Shown one piece after another: positions 1 through 8,366 of a stretch of 40,831 nt of DNA. A model generated the notes under the pieces. The model was not told the origin of the DNA. It was given only the letters and a program-made list of their open reading frames with translations, and did no database searches. The position numbers and the translations under genes are program-made. How positions within the stretch are numbered: the stretch's first letter is position 1; every line of letters starts with the position of its first letter. This stretch comes from Candidatus Methanomethylicia archaeon (GTDB taxonomy: Archaea > Thermoproteota > Methanomethylicia > Nezhaarchaeales > B40-G2): assembly GCA_029259155.1 (NCBI GenBank), contig JAPDJI010000029.1:1-40831 (forward strand). Direction: 5' to 3'.

Positions 1-1
1 C

Positions 2-457
2 TGGGACAACAGGCGTATCGTGGTTCCCAATAGCATCTTCCAGACAGAGGCTATAATCAACTACAGCATCGGCGACCCCTCCATGTTCGTCCCGATTATA
101 ATTCAGGTAAGCTATGAATCAGACCTCAGGAAAGCCATGGACATAATGGTTGAGGTCGCAAGAAAACACCCAGATTTCTTACCGGCACCTGGCTTACCGC
201 AGGCAGTGGTCATGGACTACGCTGACTCGGGGATTACGCTTAGGCTTTTAACGAGGGCAAAGGACCAGCCTACGGCCTTCATGATGGCGAGAGACCTACT
301 TCTCCACATAAAAGAGGAGTTCGACGCGAACGGAATAGAGATCCCCTATCCTAGAAGATACCTTGTACTAGACAAACGGGTCCAGGAGCAGCTTTCGAAG
401 CTAATGGAGGTTCTGCAGCCGTCCAAGAACACTCCAGCTGGCCAGGAAGAGAGTTGA
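2..457 (+). CDS. mscS: Mechanosensitive ion channel MscS family, C-terminal part (5' truncated by window)
   Basis: The frame is open from base 2 (WDNRRIVVPNS). VSYESDL..A and F..NGIEIPYP motifs are typical of the MscS C-terminus. Confidence 0.85.
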   Translation, partial: WDNRRIVVPNSIFQTEAIINYSIGDPSMFVPIIIQVSYESDLRKAMDIMVEVARKHPDFLPAPGLPQAVVMDYADSGITLRLLTRAKDQPTAFMMARDLLLHIKEEFDANGIEIPYPRRYLVLDKRVQEQLSKLMEVLQPSKNTPAGQEES

Positions 458-511
458 TCGCCCTCAACGGCTTGTAAATCCTAAGATCGAGGGTACGCTT
501 TATGGTCAGAA

Positions 512-560
512 GGGAACCCTTTCTCTCCGTTAAGTAGAAAAGGGATCTCCCAGCTTTTTC
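512..560 (+). terminator. Possible hairpin plus T-tract downstream of mscS
   Basis: Imperfect inverted repeat GGGAACCCTTTCT...AGAAAAGGGATCTCCC followed by TTTTT. Confidence 0.25.
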
Positions 561-697
561 AGTCTAAAAATTATGGTATAAAAGGGGTTAGAGATTTTTA
601 CCTTGAAACTATAGGACGAATATTTAAGCGCCGACCACGGAATTCTATATCAGGCTCTACGCAGGGCGAGAAAGGTCTTTAACTCACGGTGGAAGAC

Positions 698-1330
698 ATG
701 GTTAATGTAAAGCCTGTCGTGGCCTACCTAAGGGTGAGCACTGAAGAGCAGACGCTTGAAAATCAGCGGTTGGCGGTGGAGAAATGGGCTCAGGATAATG
801 GCTACCTCGTAACCAAGTACTACGAGGACTTCGCTAGGAGCGGAGCCATACCGCCTCTTCGCCGAGAAGGTTTCAGGAAAATGATAGAGGAGATACCTAA
901 CCTAGAGCCTAGACCAATCGCTGTTTTAACTTACGAATTAAGCAGGATAGGAAGGACCTTCTACGAGACTCTAGAAGCCATCAATGCACTTGAAGCCTTA
1001 GGCTCCCCGTTGATGAGCATAAGCCCTAGAGAGGGCTTCCTTCAAACCCTCGACCCTTCCATTAGGAAGCTTATTCTAGCTATCTTGACCTGGGTGGCTG
1101 AGCGCGAGCGCGACCTGATTTCGCAGCGTACCCGTGAAGGGATGGAGAGAGCAAGGCGAGAAGGGAAGAGGGTAGGTCGCCCAAAGAAGGAGGTCTCTAA
1201 AGCTAGGGTGGAAGAGTACTTGAAGAAAGGCCTCAGCCTCTCCGCCATAAGCAAGATACTGGGTGTCTCCCCAAAGACGCTTAAGCGTAGAATAGAGGAG
1301 TGGCGCCTGAAGCGTGCATCTCTGCGTTAA
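698..1330 (+). CDS. Small serine recombinase (resolvase/invertase family) with C-terminal HTH
   Basis: Catalytic YLRVST..Q..ENQ, LSRIGR, AERER..ISQRTREGM..AR..G..VGRP and a C-terminal HTH (LSLSAISKILGVSPKTL). ATG at 698, alternative GTG at 689. Confidence 0.9.
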   Translation: MVNVKPVVAYLRVSTEEQTLENQRLAVEKWAQDNGYLVTKYYEDFARSGAIPPLRREGFRKMIEEIPNLEPRPIAVLTYELSRIGRTFYETLEAINALEALGSPLMSISPREGFLQTLDPSIRKLILAILTWVAERERDLISQRTREGMERARREGKRVGRPKKEVSKARVEEYLKKGLSLSAISKILGVSPKTLKRRIEEWRLKRASLR

Positions 1331-1341
1331 TTATTTTAGTG

Positions 1342-1363
1342 TTTAAGTCAAGCTTAACTTAAA
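1342..1363. repeat. 22-bp near-perfect palindrome just after the recombinase stop codon
   Basis: TTTAAGTCAAGCTTAACTTAAA, 10 of 11 pairs complementary. Confidence 0.7.
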
Positions 1364-1430
1364 AGCATGTATGTAGCTGTTCACAGGTTATCATACCATT
1401 CTGTTGAGCTACTTAGGGCTCCACAAAGCG

Positions 1431-2351
1431 TTAAGAAGACAGCTTCCATGCATGCGACCAAGGTGGACCCACTTTCCTTACTACTCCCTTTCTATGTAAA
1501 TCGCTTAAGGCTCCTTGAACTTCATGCCAGCTAAAGGGGTAGAGGTTTTCGCAAAGTTCTCTAAAATTCATCACGTTGTTTTTATGTAAAAGATCTATGA
1601 TCTTACCTTTCAAGAAGTCAACTCGTTTCTTTCCGGTGAGAAGTTCATTGAGCCGACCAAGAGGTAATTGGTCAAGTTGTTTCTCGCTTATACCATAAAG
1701 TGAAGCATGTCCTTTGCCGAGTCGTATCAATCTTTTTATCAAACCTTTCCTCAGTAAGTCCTGTAAATAGAACCTACAAACCCTATAGTAGTCTACTCCA
1801 AGTTGTTCAGCTATTTCGGCTCCTGTTAACGGCTGCTTCTCAAGCATCTCGAGTATCAACTTCTTTCTTTCGTCAGCTAGCCATAACCACTTTGGCCTCT
1901 CTCGATCCTTCTTTCTGGATATATAATTCAACGAATCTCTGTTTACCTCTTCGGGAGGTACATTGTTCAGCACATCATTAAGGCGGTGTATGTTCCATAT
2001 TGTTAAGACGTATATACCCCACTTTGAACATGCTGCTAGGTCCATCGATGTGCAAGGAATGGATCCACCCCATAGCATTACGGCCCTAATCTCTGGGTTA
2101 TTGGCCTTGATGTCTATTAGCTTAAAGAGTAAAGCGTGAAACCTCTCATGGAGCACTCCAAGCGAGCTCCCTGTAATACCCCTCCTTACAACTTTCCTGC
2201 TACATGCTTCTATCACTATCTTTTGCTGCTTAGAGTAGAGATTCGCGATCCACTTCTTCCCATATCCGTCTATTGACACCTCTGGTTCGATGTCACTTAT
2301 AATATCCTGTACTAATTCAATAAGTGGCTTCTCAAACACTGAAGAAGGCAT
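1431..2351 (-). CDS. Hypothetical protein: degenerate PD-(D/E)XK-like N-terminal domain plus two winged-helix domains
   Basis: Likely start is ATG 2351 (MPSSVFEK), with a TATA-like TTTTTAT about 23 nt upstream. EPEV..WIANLY..IVIEACS resembles a nuclease core. ILEMLEKQPLTGAEIAEQLGV..LQDLLRKGLIKR and IIDLLHKNNVMNFREL..LSDLHRKGVVRK are wHTH-like. Confidence 0.7.
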   Translation of the reverse strand: MPSSVFEKPLIELVQDIISDIEPEVSIDGYGKKWIANLYSKQQKIVIEACSRKVVRRGITGSSLGVLHERFHALLFKLIDIKANNPEIRAVMLWGGSIPCTSMDLAACSKWGIYVLTIWNIHRLNDVLNNVPPEEVNRDSLNYISRKKDRERPKWLWLADERKKLILEMLEKQPLTGAEIAEQLGVDYYRVCRFYLQDLLRKGLIKRLIRLGKGHASLYGISEKQLDQLPLGRLNELLTGKKRVDFLKGKIIDLLHKNNVMNFRELCENLYPFSWHEVQGALSDLHRKGVVRKVGPPWSHAWKLSS

Positions 2352-2369
2352 GATATGATAAAACAAAAA

Positions 2370-2391
2370 TGAGATAAAAATTTTTCTCTCA
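2370..2391. promoter_or_regulatory. 22-bp palindrome overlapping the BRE/TATA of the wHTH gene (candidate operator)
   Basis: TGAGATAAAAATTTTTCTCTCA, 10 of 11 pairs. The minus strand reads GAGAAAAA-TTTTTAT. Confidence 0.55.
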
Positions 2392-2518
2392 AAAATTAGG
2401 AATCTAATAAGCAAGAAGCGAATCTGAAAAGCATGCTTCTGTACCCCTTTTCCAAGGGGGCGCAACTCATGAGATCTGCAGGGAGCCTCTGGAGATTCTC
2501 TGCATGTTACCGGGGTGG

Positions 2519-3571
2519 CTAGAGTAGGGATGCCCACCTTGCTCTAGCCCTAGTTACCGGCCCGACTATGTTCAGTGAGTGGTTACAGTTGGGGCATTGC
2601 GTGTCTTTTAGGTTCCAAGCGGAGAGGTAGAAGCCTTCTCTCTCGATGACTAGTTGTCCGCAGTTAGGGCAGTAGGTGTGTTCTAGGCGGTGGCCTGGGA
2701 CGTTGCCTATGTAGACGTGTTTAAGCCCTGCGTCTAAGGCTTTCTCCGCGGCTTTCTCTAAGGTTTGAATAGGTGTGGAGGGTGCGTCCATCAGCTGATA
2801 GTCAGGGTGGAACCTTAACAGGTGGAAGGGGGTGCAGGGGCCTAGGATTTCCTTTATCCTTGAGGCTAGGGAATAGACGTCGTCCAGGTTATCGCCATAC
2901 TTGGTGACTATTAGGTTGGTTATCTCCACGAAAATGCCTGACGCCTTCATTTCCCTTAGGGTTTCGAAGATAGGTTCAGGGCTAGGTACAGACATGAATT
3001 CACGGTAGAAGTCTGGGTTAGCGGAGCCCTTGAAGTCCACGGTGGCTGCGTCTAGGTAGGGGGCTATGGTTTTGACGGCTTCAGGGGTCATGTAACCGTT
3101 GGTGACGAAGGTGTTAAAGAGACCACGCTGCCTGGCGAGGACTGCAGTGTCGTAGGCATACTCGAAGAAGATAGTAGGCTCCGTGTAGGTGTAGCTTATA
3201 CCATCGCTGCCATGTTTCACAGCCAACTCTACGACGCGTTCCGGTGGCAGGTTTTTCCCTATGATCTCCTCTTCCTGGCTTATCACCCAATTGTCGCAGA
3301 AACGGCAGCGGAAGTTGCACCCTATGGTGGCTATGGAGAGCACCGCAGAGCCTGGACGATAATGGTATAGAGGCTTCTTCTCTATCGGGTCTACGTTGAC
3401 TGCTATAGCTTTGCCGTAAACTAAGCTATAGAGCCTTCCATCTACGTTTCGTCTGACCTTACAGAAACCCGTTGAGCCGGGAGGGATGGTACAGCGTCTA
3501 TGACATAGATTGCACTTCGCCCTGCCTCCGCTTAGCTGTTCGTACAGCAAAGCCTCCTTCAAGCTTCCCAT
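2519..3571 (-). CDS. amrS: AmmeMemoRadiSam system radical SAM enzyme (PflA-like)
   Basis: N-terminal CNLCHRRC..GFCKVR, VDPIEKKPLYH, GCNFRCRFCDN (CxxxCxxC), YTYTEP, RFHPDY, YIGNVPG, TYCPNC. Confidence 0.9.
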   Translation of the reverse strand: MGSLKEALLYEQLSGGRAKCNLCHRRCTIPPGSTGFCKVRRNVDGRLYSLVYGKAIAVNVDPIEKKPLYHYRPGSAVLSIATIGCNFRCRFCDNWVISQEEEIIGKNLPPERVVELAVKHGSDGISYTYTEPTIFFEYAYDTAVLARQRGLFNTFVTNGYMTPEAVKTIAPYLDAATVDFKGSANPDFYREFMSVPSPEPIFETLREMKASGIFVEITNLIVTKYGDNLDDVYSLASRIKEILGPCTPFHLLRFHPDYQLMDAPSTPIQTLEKAAEKALDAGLKHVYIGNVPGHRLEHTYCPNCGQLVIEREGFYLSAWNLKDTQCPNCNHSLNIVGPVTRARARWASLL

Positions 3572-3951
3572 CTTCTCAATCTTTGCAGCGCCAGCTTGCT
3601 TAAACGTCCTTCGGTGACGCGGAAAAGCAAGTCTTAATATTCGTAGCAGTTTTTTATGTTTAGATTTGTCAATCCGTATTATTGAACCTACGTAACCCTT
3701 CGCCTGTTCTAGTCAGGCTGTAGGTAACGTTAATAGGTGGAGAAGCCCGGCTCAGTACCTATTTTTCAGTTCTCTATAATCCTACGCCGTCTATGCTTGC
3801 CGCCGTCTCCACTCTATTCTCAATATAAGAAAAGTTTAAGAAAATCCCCAAGAGGAAACCCGCACCCTTGGAGGGATAGACGTGGAGTTAAGGAGGAGTC
3901 GAGTTTACCTCGACTAACGCCCCTCTGGGACTCGGCTTAGCTACTTCTGTA

Positions 3952-4080
3952 ACGTCAAACATTCTAGGCCTACCGGTTAGGACGGCACTAGTTCTCCTGG
4001 GAGTCCCGGCGTTGATAGTGCTGTTGCTGCTACTATGGAGCTTATTCTACAAAGACTTGGAGGGCGATGAGAAATGCTGA
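3952..4080 (+). CDS. Putative small single-TM protein upstream of the SSS symporter (no canonical start at the expected position)
   Basis: The frame (T)SNILGLPVRTALVLLGVPALIVLLLLLWSLFYKDLEGDEKC* ends in ATGCTGA, overlapping the symporter start. The first codon is ACG. Confidence 0.5.
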   Translation, partial: TSNILGLPVRTALVLLGVPALIVLLLLLWSLFYKDLEGDEKC

Positions 4081-5621
4081 CGCGGTACGTAGCCTTCGCT
4101 GTGTACATGGTGGTAGTGGCTGTCGTAGGCCTCGTGGCCGCTAGGAAAGTGAAGAGCCTGTCGGACTTCGTAGCAGCTTCAGGGAGGCTAGGCTTCTGGA
4201 CCTACGTATTGTTGATGGTGGGCTCAGTTTTTAGCGGCATGACCTGTATAGGTGTAGCTGGGCTAAGCTACCTGACAGGCTATGCTAACCTCTGGGAAAG
4301 AGTTCTCGGCCCTCCCTTAGCTATAGCGCTAGCCACCATGCTCTACGCCCCGAAGCTGGTTAAGGTATCTAGGCGTACGGGTATACTTACATTGCAAGAC
4401 TACCTCGCGCTCAGGTACTATGATGAGAGGCTCATTAGAGGTTTATCAGGCGCTGTGTCAGCGCTGGTCTGTGCTATTTACCTCATCGGGCAGTACGTAG
4501 CCATAGGCATCGTGTCAAAGGTGGTGTTTGGCTGGGAGTACTGGCAGGGCTGTTTGCTGGCGGCAATGGTTGTGATACTCTACGTTGTTGCGGGAGGTAT
4601 GTTTTCAGTGGCGTGGACTACATTGATACAGTCCGCCTTAATGATAGGTGGTACTATGCTACTAGCACCTTACATAGTGAGCCGCCTAGGAGGCTTCACC
4701 GCCTTGAACCTTAAGGCCTCTATGGTTTCCCAAGGACCTTTCCACCAGTACCTAACAGAGCCCTGGGGTCCACCTCAGCTACCCCTTATAGGGCCTCTCT
4801 TCAACCTAACCTTGTTCGGCATAGCTGTGACATTGGGACTTACAGTAGCTCCTCACATAGTAAACAACATAGTAACCGTGAAGCGAACGAGCTGCATTAA
4901 GTGGGGACCACTGGCATGTTACGTGCTAGGCGTAATAGTTATCCTAGGAACCTCGCTGATGGGGCTGGCCGCTAGAGTAGCTGAGTCTGAGGGCCTCATA
5001 GAGCTGATGCCTCATCCCCTAGGAGGGAAATGGTTCGATATGGCTTTACCTACGTTAGCCGAAGCCTTGCTTCCAGAGGCTTTGTTCAGCCTATTCTTAA
5101 TCATGGTGCTAGCAGCGGTAATGTCCACGACAGACAGGTTAATGTTGACCATAGGCGTTAACATAGGCTACGATGTCTACAAGAACCTGCTCAAGCCTCA
5201 AGCCTCTGAGCGCAGCGTAAGTCTAGTAGCTAAGCTGACGGTCCTGGCAGTCGGCATAGCCACCTTCATCATTGCTTTAAGCCCTCCGCCACTAGTAGCA
5301 TGGCTGATATGGCTGGCCCTAAGCCTAATGTGCAATACTTGGCTCGTACCGCTAATATGCGGGCTTTACTGGCGTAGAGCTACCAAGGCAGGCTGCATCG
5401 CTAGCATGTTAACAGGACTATCGGTTACTATCATAGCTGGCTACTTAAGCGGAAAGCCTCCAGTAGGGCTAGGCTGGACGCTTAAGCTATTTGACATGCC
5501 CTACTACTTCGTGCTGCTGGGTTTCATCGCAAGCTGGATAGCTATGGTGACCGTCAGCTTAGCGACGAGCAAACCGGCAAAGCAACTACTTGATGATACC
5601 TTAACAGGCCTTTTCCTCTAA
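4074..5621 (+). CDS. Sodium:solute symporter (SSS) family transporter
   Basis: Multi-TM protein with TLQDYL..RY, YVVAGGM.SVAWT..IQ, AAVMSTTD and GLYWRRATKAG. Confidence 0.9.
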   Translation: MLTRYVAFAVYMVVVAVVGLVAARKVKSLSDFVAASGRLGFWTYVLLMVGSVFSGMTCIGVAGLSYLTGYANLWERVLGPPLAIALATMLYAPKLVKVSRRTGILTLQDYLALRYYDERLIRGLSGAVSALVCAIYLIGQYVAIGIVSKVVFGWEYWQGCLLAAMVVILYVVAGGMFSVAWTTLIQSALMIGGTMLLAPYIVSRLGGFTALNLKASMVSQGPFHQYLTEPWGPPQLPLIGPLFNLTLFGIAVTLGLTVAPHIVNNIVTVKRTSCIKWGPLACYVLGVIVILGTSLMGLAARVAESEGLIELMPHPLGGKWFDMALPTLAEALLPEALFSLFLIMVLAAVMSTTDRLMLTIGVNIGYDVYKNLLKPQASERSVSLVAKLTVLAVGIATFIIALSPPPLVAWLIWLALSLMCNTWLVPLICGLYWRRATKAGCIASMLTGLSVTIIAGYLSGKPPVGLGWTLKLFDMPYYFVLLGFIASWIAMVTVSLATSKPAKQLLDDTLTGLFL

Positions 5622-6394
5622 CCTACCTGATCCTCTTCTTTTTCGTTAAACATGAGGATCCTCCTACGTGAGGCCTTCGCCCTCCTCCTCTTTTCGAGGT
5701 ATGCTTGAGGAGCGTTTTGCTTCACGGTTTTCCATGTGCGTCTGACACAGCTAGGTAGGCTGCCGTGTTCCTCGTAGTATGCCCGTATCCAGCTTCTCGT
5801 CTTAGAGTCTGAGGGGTATCCGCTACCGAAATCACCATATCTCTGCTTGAGCTCATCTATGTGACGGTCTCTCGCAACCTTAGCCATGATAGAGGCCGCG
5901 GAGCACTCAGTAAAGTTGGCGTCAGCGTCGTGTTCAAGTATAGCCTCTGCTTCAGGACATAGCACTTCAACCATTTCCCTAAGCTGTTCCTCCCTTCCGA
6001 AAAGATCGATCACCACCCTAACCACTTTAAACCCCTTGGCCTTGACCTCATTCACAATCTTCGCTAGCACCCTCTCCATGGCCTCCAGCTCCACTTGATT
6101 TAAGTTACGAGCATCTATGGTGGAAGGATCGATGGTTTCCACACGTATGGTCAACGCCTTGGCCTTAATGAGTTCTTCAAGCTCCTCCCTTCTACGACGC
6201 GTAAGCTTCTTGCTATCAGTTACCCCCATTTCACGTAAAATCTCTAGATCTTCCGGCCTTAGCGCCACAGCAGCTATGAAAAGACAGCCAACCGCGCATC
6301 CTCTACCAGCTTCATCTATACCTACGTGGACGTATGGCTCTTCCCTAGGTATAGTGAAATGCTCCATCTGCAGCGTTCCGCACTCTCCCTTCAA
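5618..6394 (-). CDS. rnhB: Ribonuclease HII
   Basis: GIDEAGRG, VTDSKKL, SAASIMAKVARD, GSGYPSD. The start may be ATG at 6367. Confidence 0.95.
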   Translation of the reverse strand: MKGECGTLQMEHFTIPREEPYVHVGIDEAGRGCAVGCLFIAAVALRPEDLEILREMGVTDSKKLTRRRREELEELIKAKALTIRVETIDPSTIDARNLNQVELEAMERVLAKIVNEVKAKGFKVVRVVIDLFGREEQLREMVEVLCPEAEAILEHDADANFTECSAASIMAKVARDRHIDELKQRYGDFGSGYPSDSKTRSWIRAYYEEHGSLPSCVRRTWKTVKQNAPQAYLEKRRRAKASRRRILMFNEKEEDQVG

Positions 6395-6481
6395 TATTAA
6401 AGTTCTGTCCTCGTAAGCGCGCTGAAAGACTTAAGGGTAAGCCTGAGCTTATTAATCAAGAGCCGGGAGGCCTACACTTCA

Positions 6482-7156
6482 TTGGCTTTATTTAAATGTC
6501 TAAGCTGCACTAAATGCTGTCGAGGCCTCCTCGTACCTGTCACTAGGATAGACATAGCTAGGTGGATTAACCAAGGCTGGGAAGAGATAGCTGCTTCAGT
6601 AGTAGAGGTTAGGGGGCTTGAGGCTTTAAGGTTAGGCTCCACGGTTATCTATGCCCTACCTCGTAATAGACTAGGCGTATGTCTCTACCTTTACGGCTCC
6701 AGATGCATGATACACGACGTGAAGCCCATGGTATGCGAGCTCTTCCCCTTCGCTTACAACTTGAAGAACGATACGCTGGGCATACATCCATGGGCCCTCT
6801 CCAACTGCGAGGCGGTGGCTAAGGGTTTAGTTGACCTCAGCTTAGAGGATAAAGCTAGGTTTCTGTCCATAGCTAGGATGGTCTCCAAGGAGTTAAGAAA
6901 CGTGGATGCGGTGAAGGAAGACTACGAGAAGATGATAGCTGAAGCTCGTAGGAGGTTGAAGGCTAAAGCGAAGGATTCATCAACCTATCATTCTAGACCA
7001 TTCTTCAGCGTTCCTGAAACCGTACGCTCTCTCCACATCCTCTCTACTTACCAGTTTACTTGCAACCTCTTTGCCGAAGGCTTCAATCACCATAGATGCA
7101 GCTTCCTCGAAGTTAAGCCCACTCGCACTAGCCACCTCAAAGATTCCTCCAGCTAA
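6482..7156 (+). CDS. YkgJ-family cysteine cluster protein
   Basis: FKCLSCTKCC, C.YL...RCMIHDVKPMVCELFPF. The C-terminal ~59 aa overlap the opposite-strand gene. Confidence 0.8.
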   Translation: MALFKCLSCTKCCRGLLVPVTRIDIARWINQGWEEIAASVVEVRGLEALRLGSTVIYALPRNRLGVCLYLYGSRCMIHDVKPMVCELFPFAYNLKNDTLGIHPWALSNCEAVAKGLVDLSLEDKARFLSIARMVSKELRNVDAVKEDYEKMIAEARRRLKAKAKDSSTYHSRPFFSVPETVRSLHILSTYQFTCNLFAEGFNHHRCSFLEVKPTRTSHLKDSSS

Positions 7157-7351
7157 ATCCTTTAGCTCACTATATATGGCGTTCTCCGCGACTTTAGCTG
7201 ACTTCAACTCGTCCAATAACCTCTTTACCTCCCTGATCAGGGTCTCGATCACTTCCCTTTTCAGGTATTCGGGCATAGGTATCCTCACTGCTTCGTAAGG
7301 CTCATAGGCTCTATAAAATTTAACTCTAAGAGCTTTTGGAAGGCTCACCAT
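6980..7351 (-). CDS. Hypothetical alpha-helical protein
   Basis: 123-aa ATG ORF with E/K-rich amphipathic composition. No family recognised. Confidence 0.6.
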   Translation of the reverse strand: MVSLPKALRVKFYRAYEPYEAVRIPMPEYLKREVIETLIREVKRLLDELKSAKVAENAIYSELKDLAGGIFEVASASGLNFEEAASMVIEAFGKEVASKLVSREDVERAYGFRNAEEWSRMIG

Positions 7352-7442
7352 CGTGAAAAAGCTTAACGTGGTGTTCTTTAAGGAAAGGTGCGCGGTTAGA
7401 TAACATTTAATTCTTTGCTCAAAGTAATATTAAATGTTTGAG

Positions 7443-8354
7443 CTAAAGTCTGATTCCCATTTCGTAGGAAACTAGCACATAATACCCTATTAGACCTCTC
7501 CACCTCCCCCAGGGCTTCGCTATCCTCCTAACCTCCTCAGCCGTGGTATCAGTTGAGTTTAAGAAAAGTTTAGCGAATGCCCTCCTCACCCCTAGATCAT
7601 CAGCTGGGATAACTTCCCACCTCCTAAGAGCTATCAAAGCTACTAGCTCAGCAGTCCATCTACCTACACCTTTAAGCGCCCCTAACCGTCTAAGCGCTGT
7701 TTCCGTAGGCTCCTCCTTGAGCCCTTCAAGGTTGAAGGACCCCTCCATAACCTTCGAGGCAGCCTCCTTAACGTACCTCGCCTTATTCCAGCTGAGCTTG
7801 CAGGCCTTAATTTCCGCTAAGTTAAGGGAGGCTACCTTCAAAGGCTGTGGGAAACCGTAGAAAAGCTCACCTTCCATCAATACCCTCTCACCCAGCCTTT
7901 CAGTAAGCTCCTTCATCATAGCGAAAGCCGCCCTGAGCGAGACCTGCTGAAAAATAATGGAGTCCACTAAGCCTTCCCACACCGTAGGCGTAGACCAAGG
8001 CTTAAGGCCTCGGAGAACCTTAGCCATTCTTCTAAGTATTGGGCTATCCTCCATCACTTCGTAGACACTGTTTAGTTCCACATCTCCGCAGAGAAAATCC
8101 ACTACTTTGCTTAAGGCTATTTCCTCGGCCTTGCTGTCTATGTCAGGAGGGAGATATATCATCACTCCGGGCTCTTCTACATCACCGACAGGCTCAATCT
8201 TCACAGGTATGAGGTCACCGTTAACCTCGAAACATCTTCTCAGCACCCCTCTCTCTAAGATAAAAGGGGGAGGTGGAGGAGTTGCTTTAAAGGAAAGATG
8301 GAAGTCGTAGGGCGGCTTTAGCGACTGCTCCAAGGCCCTCCAGCCGTGAGCCAT
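7443..8354 (-). CDS. alkA: DNA-3-methyladenine glycosylase (AlkA/HhH-GPD)
   Basis: WEGLVDSIIFQQVS, HhH LKGVGRWTAE, PADDLGVRR. Confidence 0.88.
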   Translation of the reverse strand: MAHGWRALEQSLKPPYDFHLSFKATPPPPPFILERGVLRRCFEVNGDLIPVKIEPVGDVEEPGVMIYLPPDIDSKAEEIALSKVVDFLCGDVELNSVYEVMEDSPILRRMAKVLRGLKPWSTPTVWEGLVDSIIFQQVSLRAAFAMMKELTERLGERVLMEGELFYGFPQPLKVASLNLAEIKACKLSWNKARYVKEAASKVMEGSFNLEGLKEEPTETALRRLGALKGVGRWTAELVALIALRRWEVIPADDLGVRRAFAKLFLNSTDTTAEEVRRIAKPWGRWRGLIGYYVLVSYEMGIRL

Positions 8355-8366
8355 GAAGCCCGCCGT

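Noticed and set aside
689-1330. IS607-type transposon
   Set aside because: The HTH is C-terminal rather than N-terminal MerR-like, and there is no adjacent TnpB.
2475-2510. SECIS element downstream of amrS
   Set aside because: The GAA-containing hairpin does not fit well on the coding strand, and amrS has no in-frame TGA.
2352-2537. N-terminal 62-aa extension of the 368-aa ORF
   Set aside because: It runs through AT-rich promoter-like DNA and overlaps amrS. ATG 2351 has a properly spaced TATA.
3737-3940. 67-aa ORF
   Set aside because: No recognisable motif, and it crosses a TATA-like region and hairpins.
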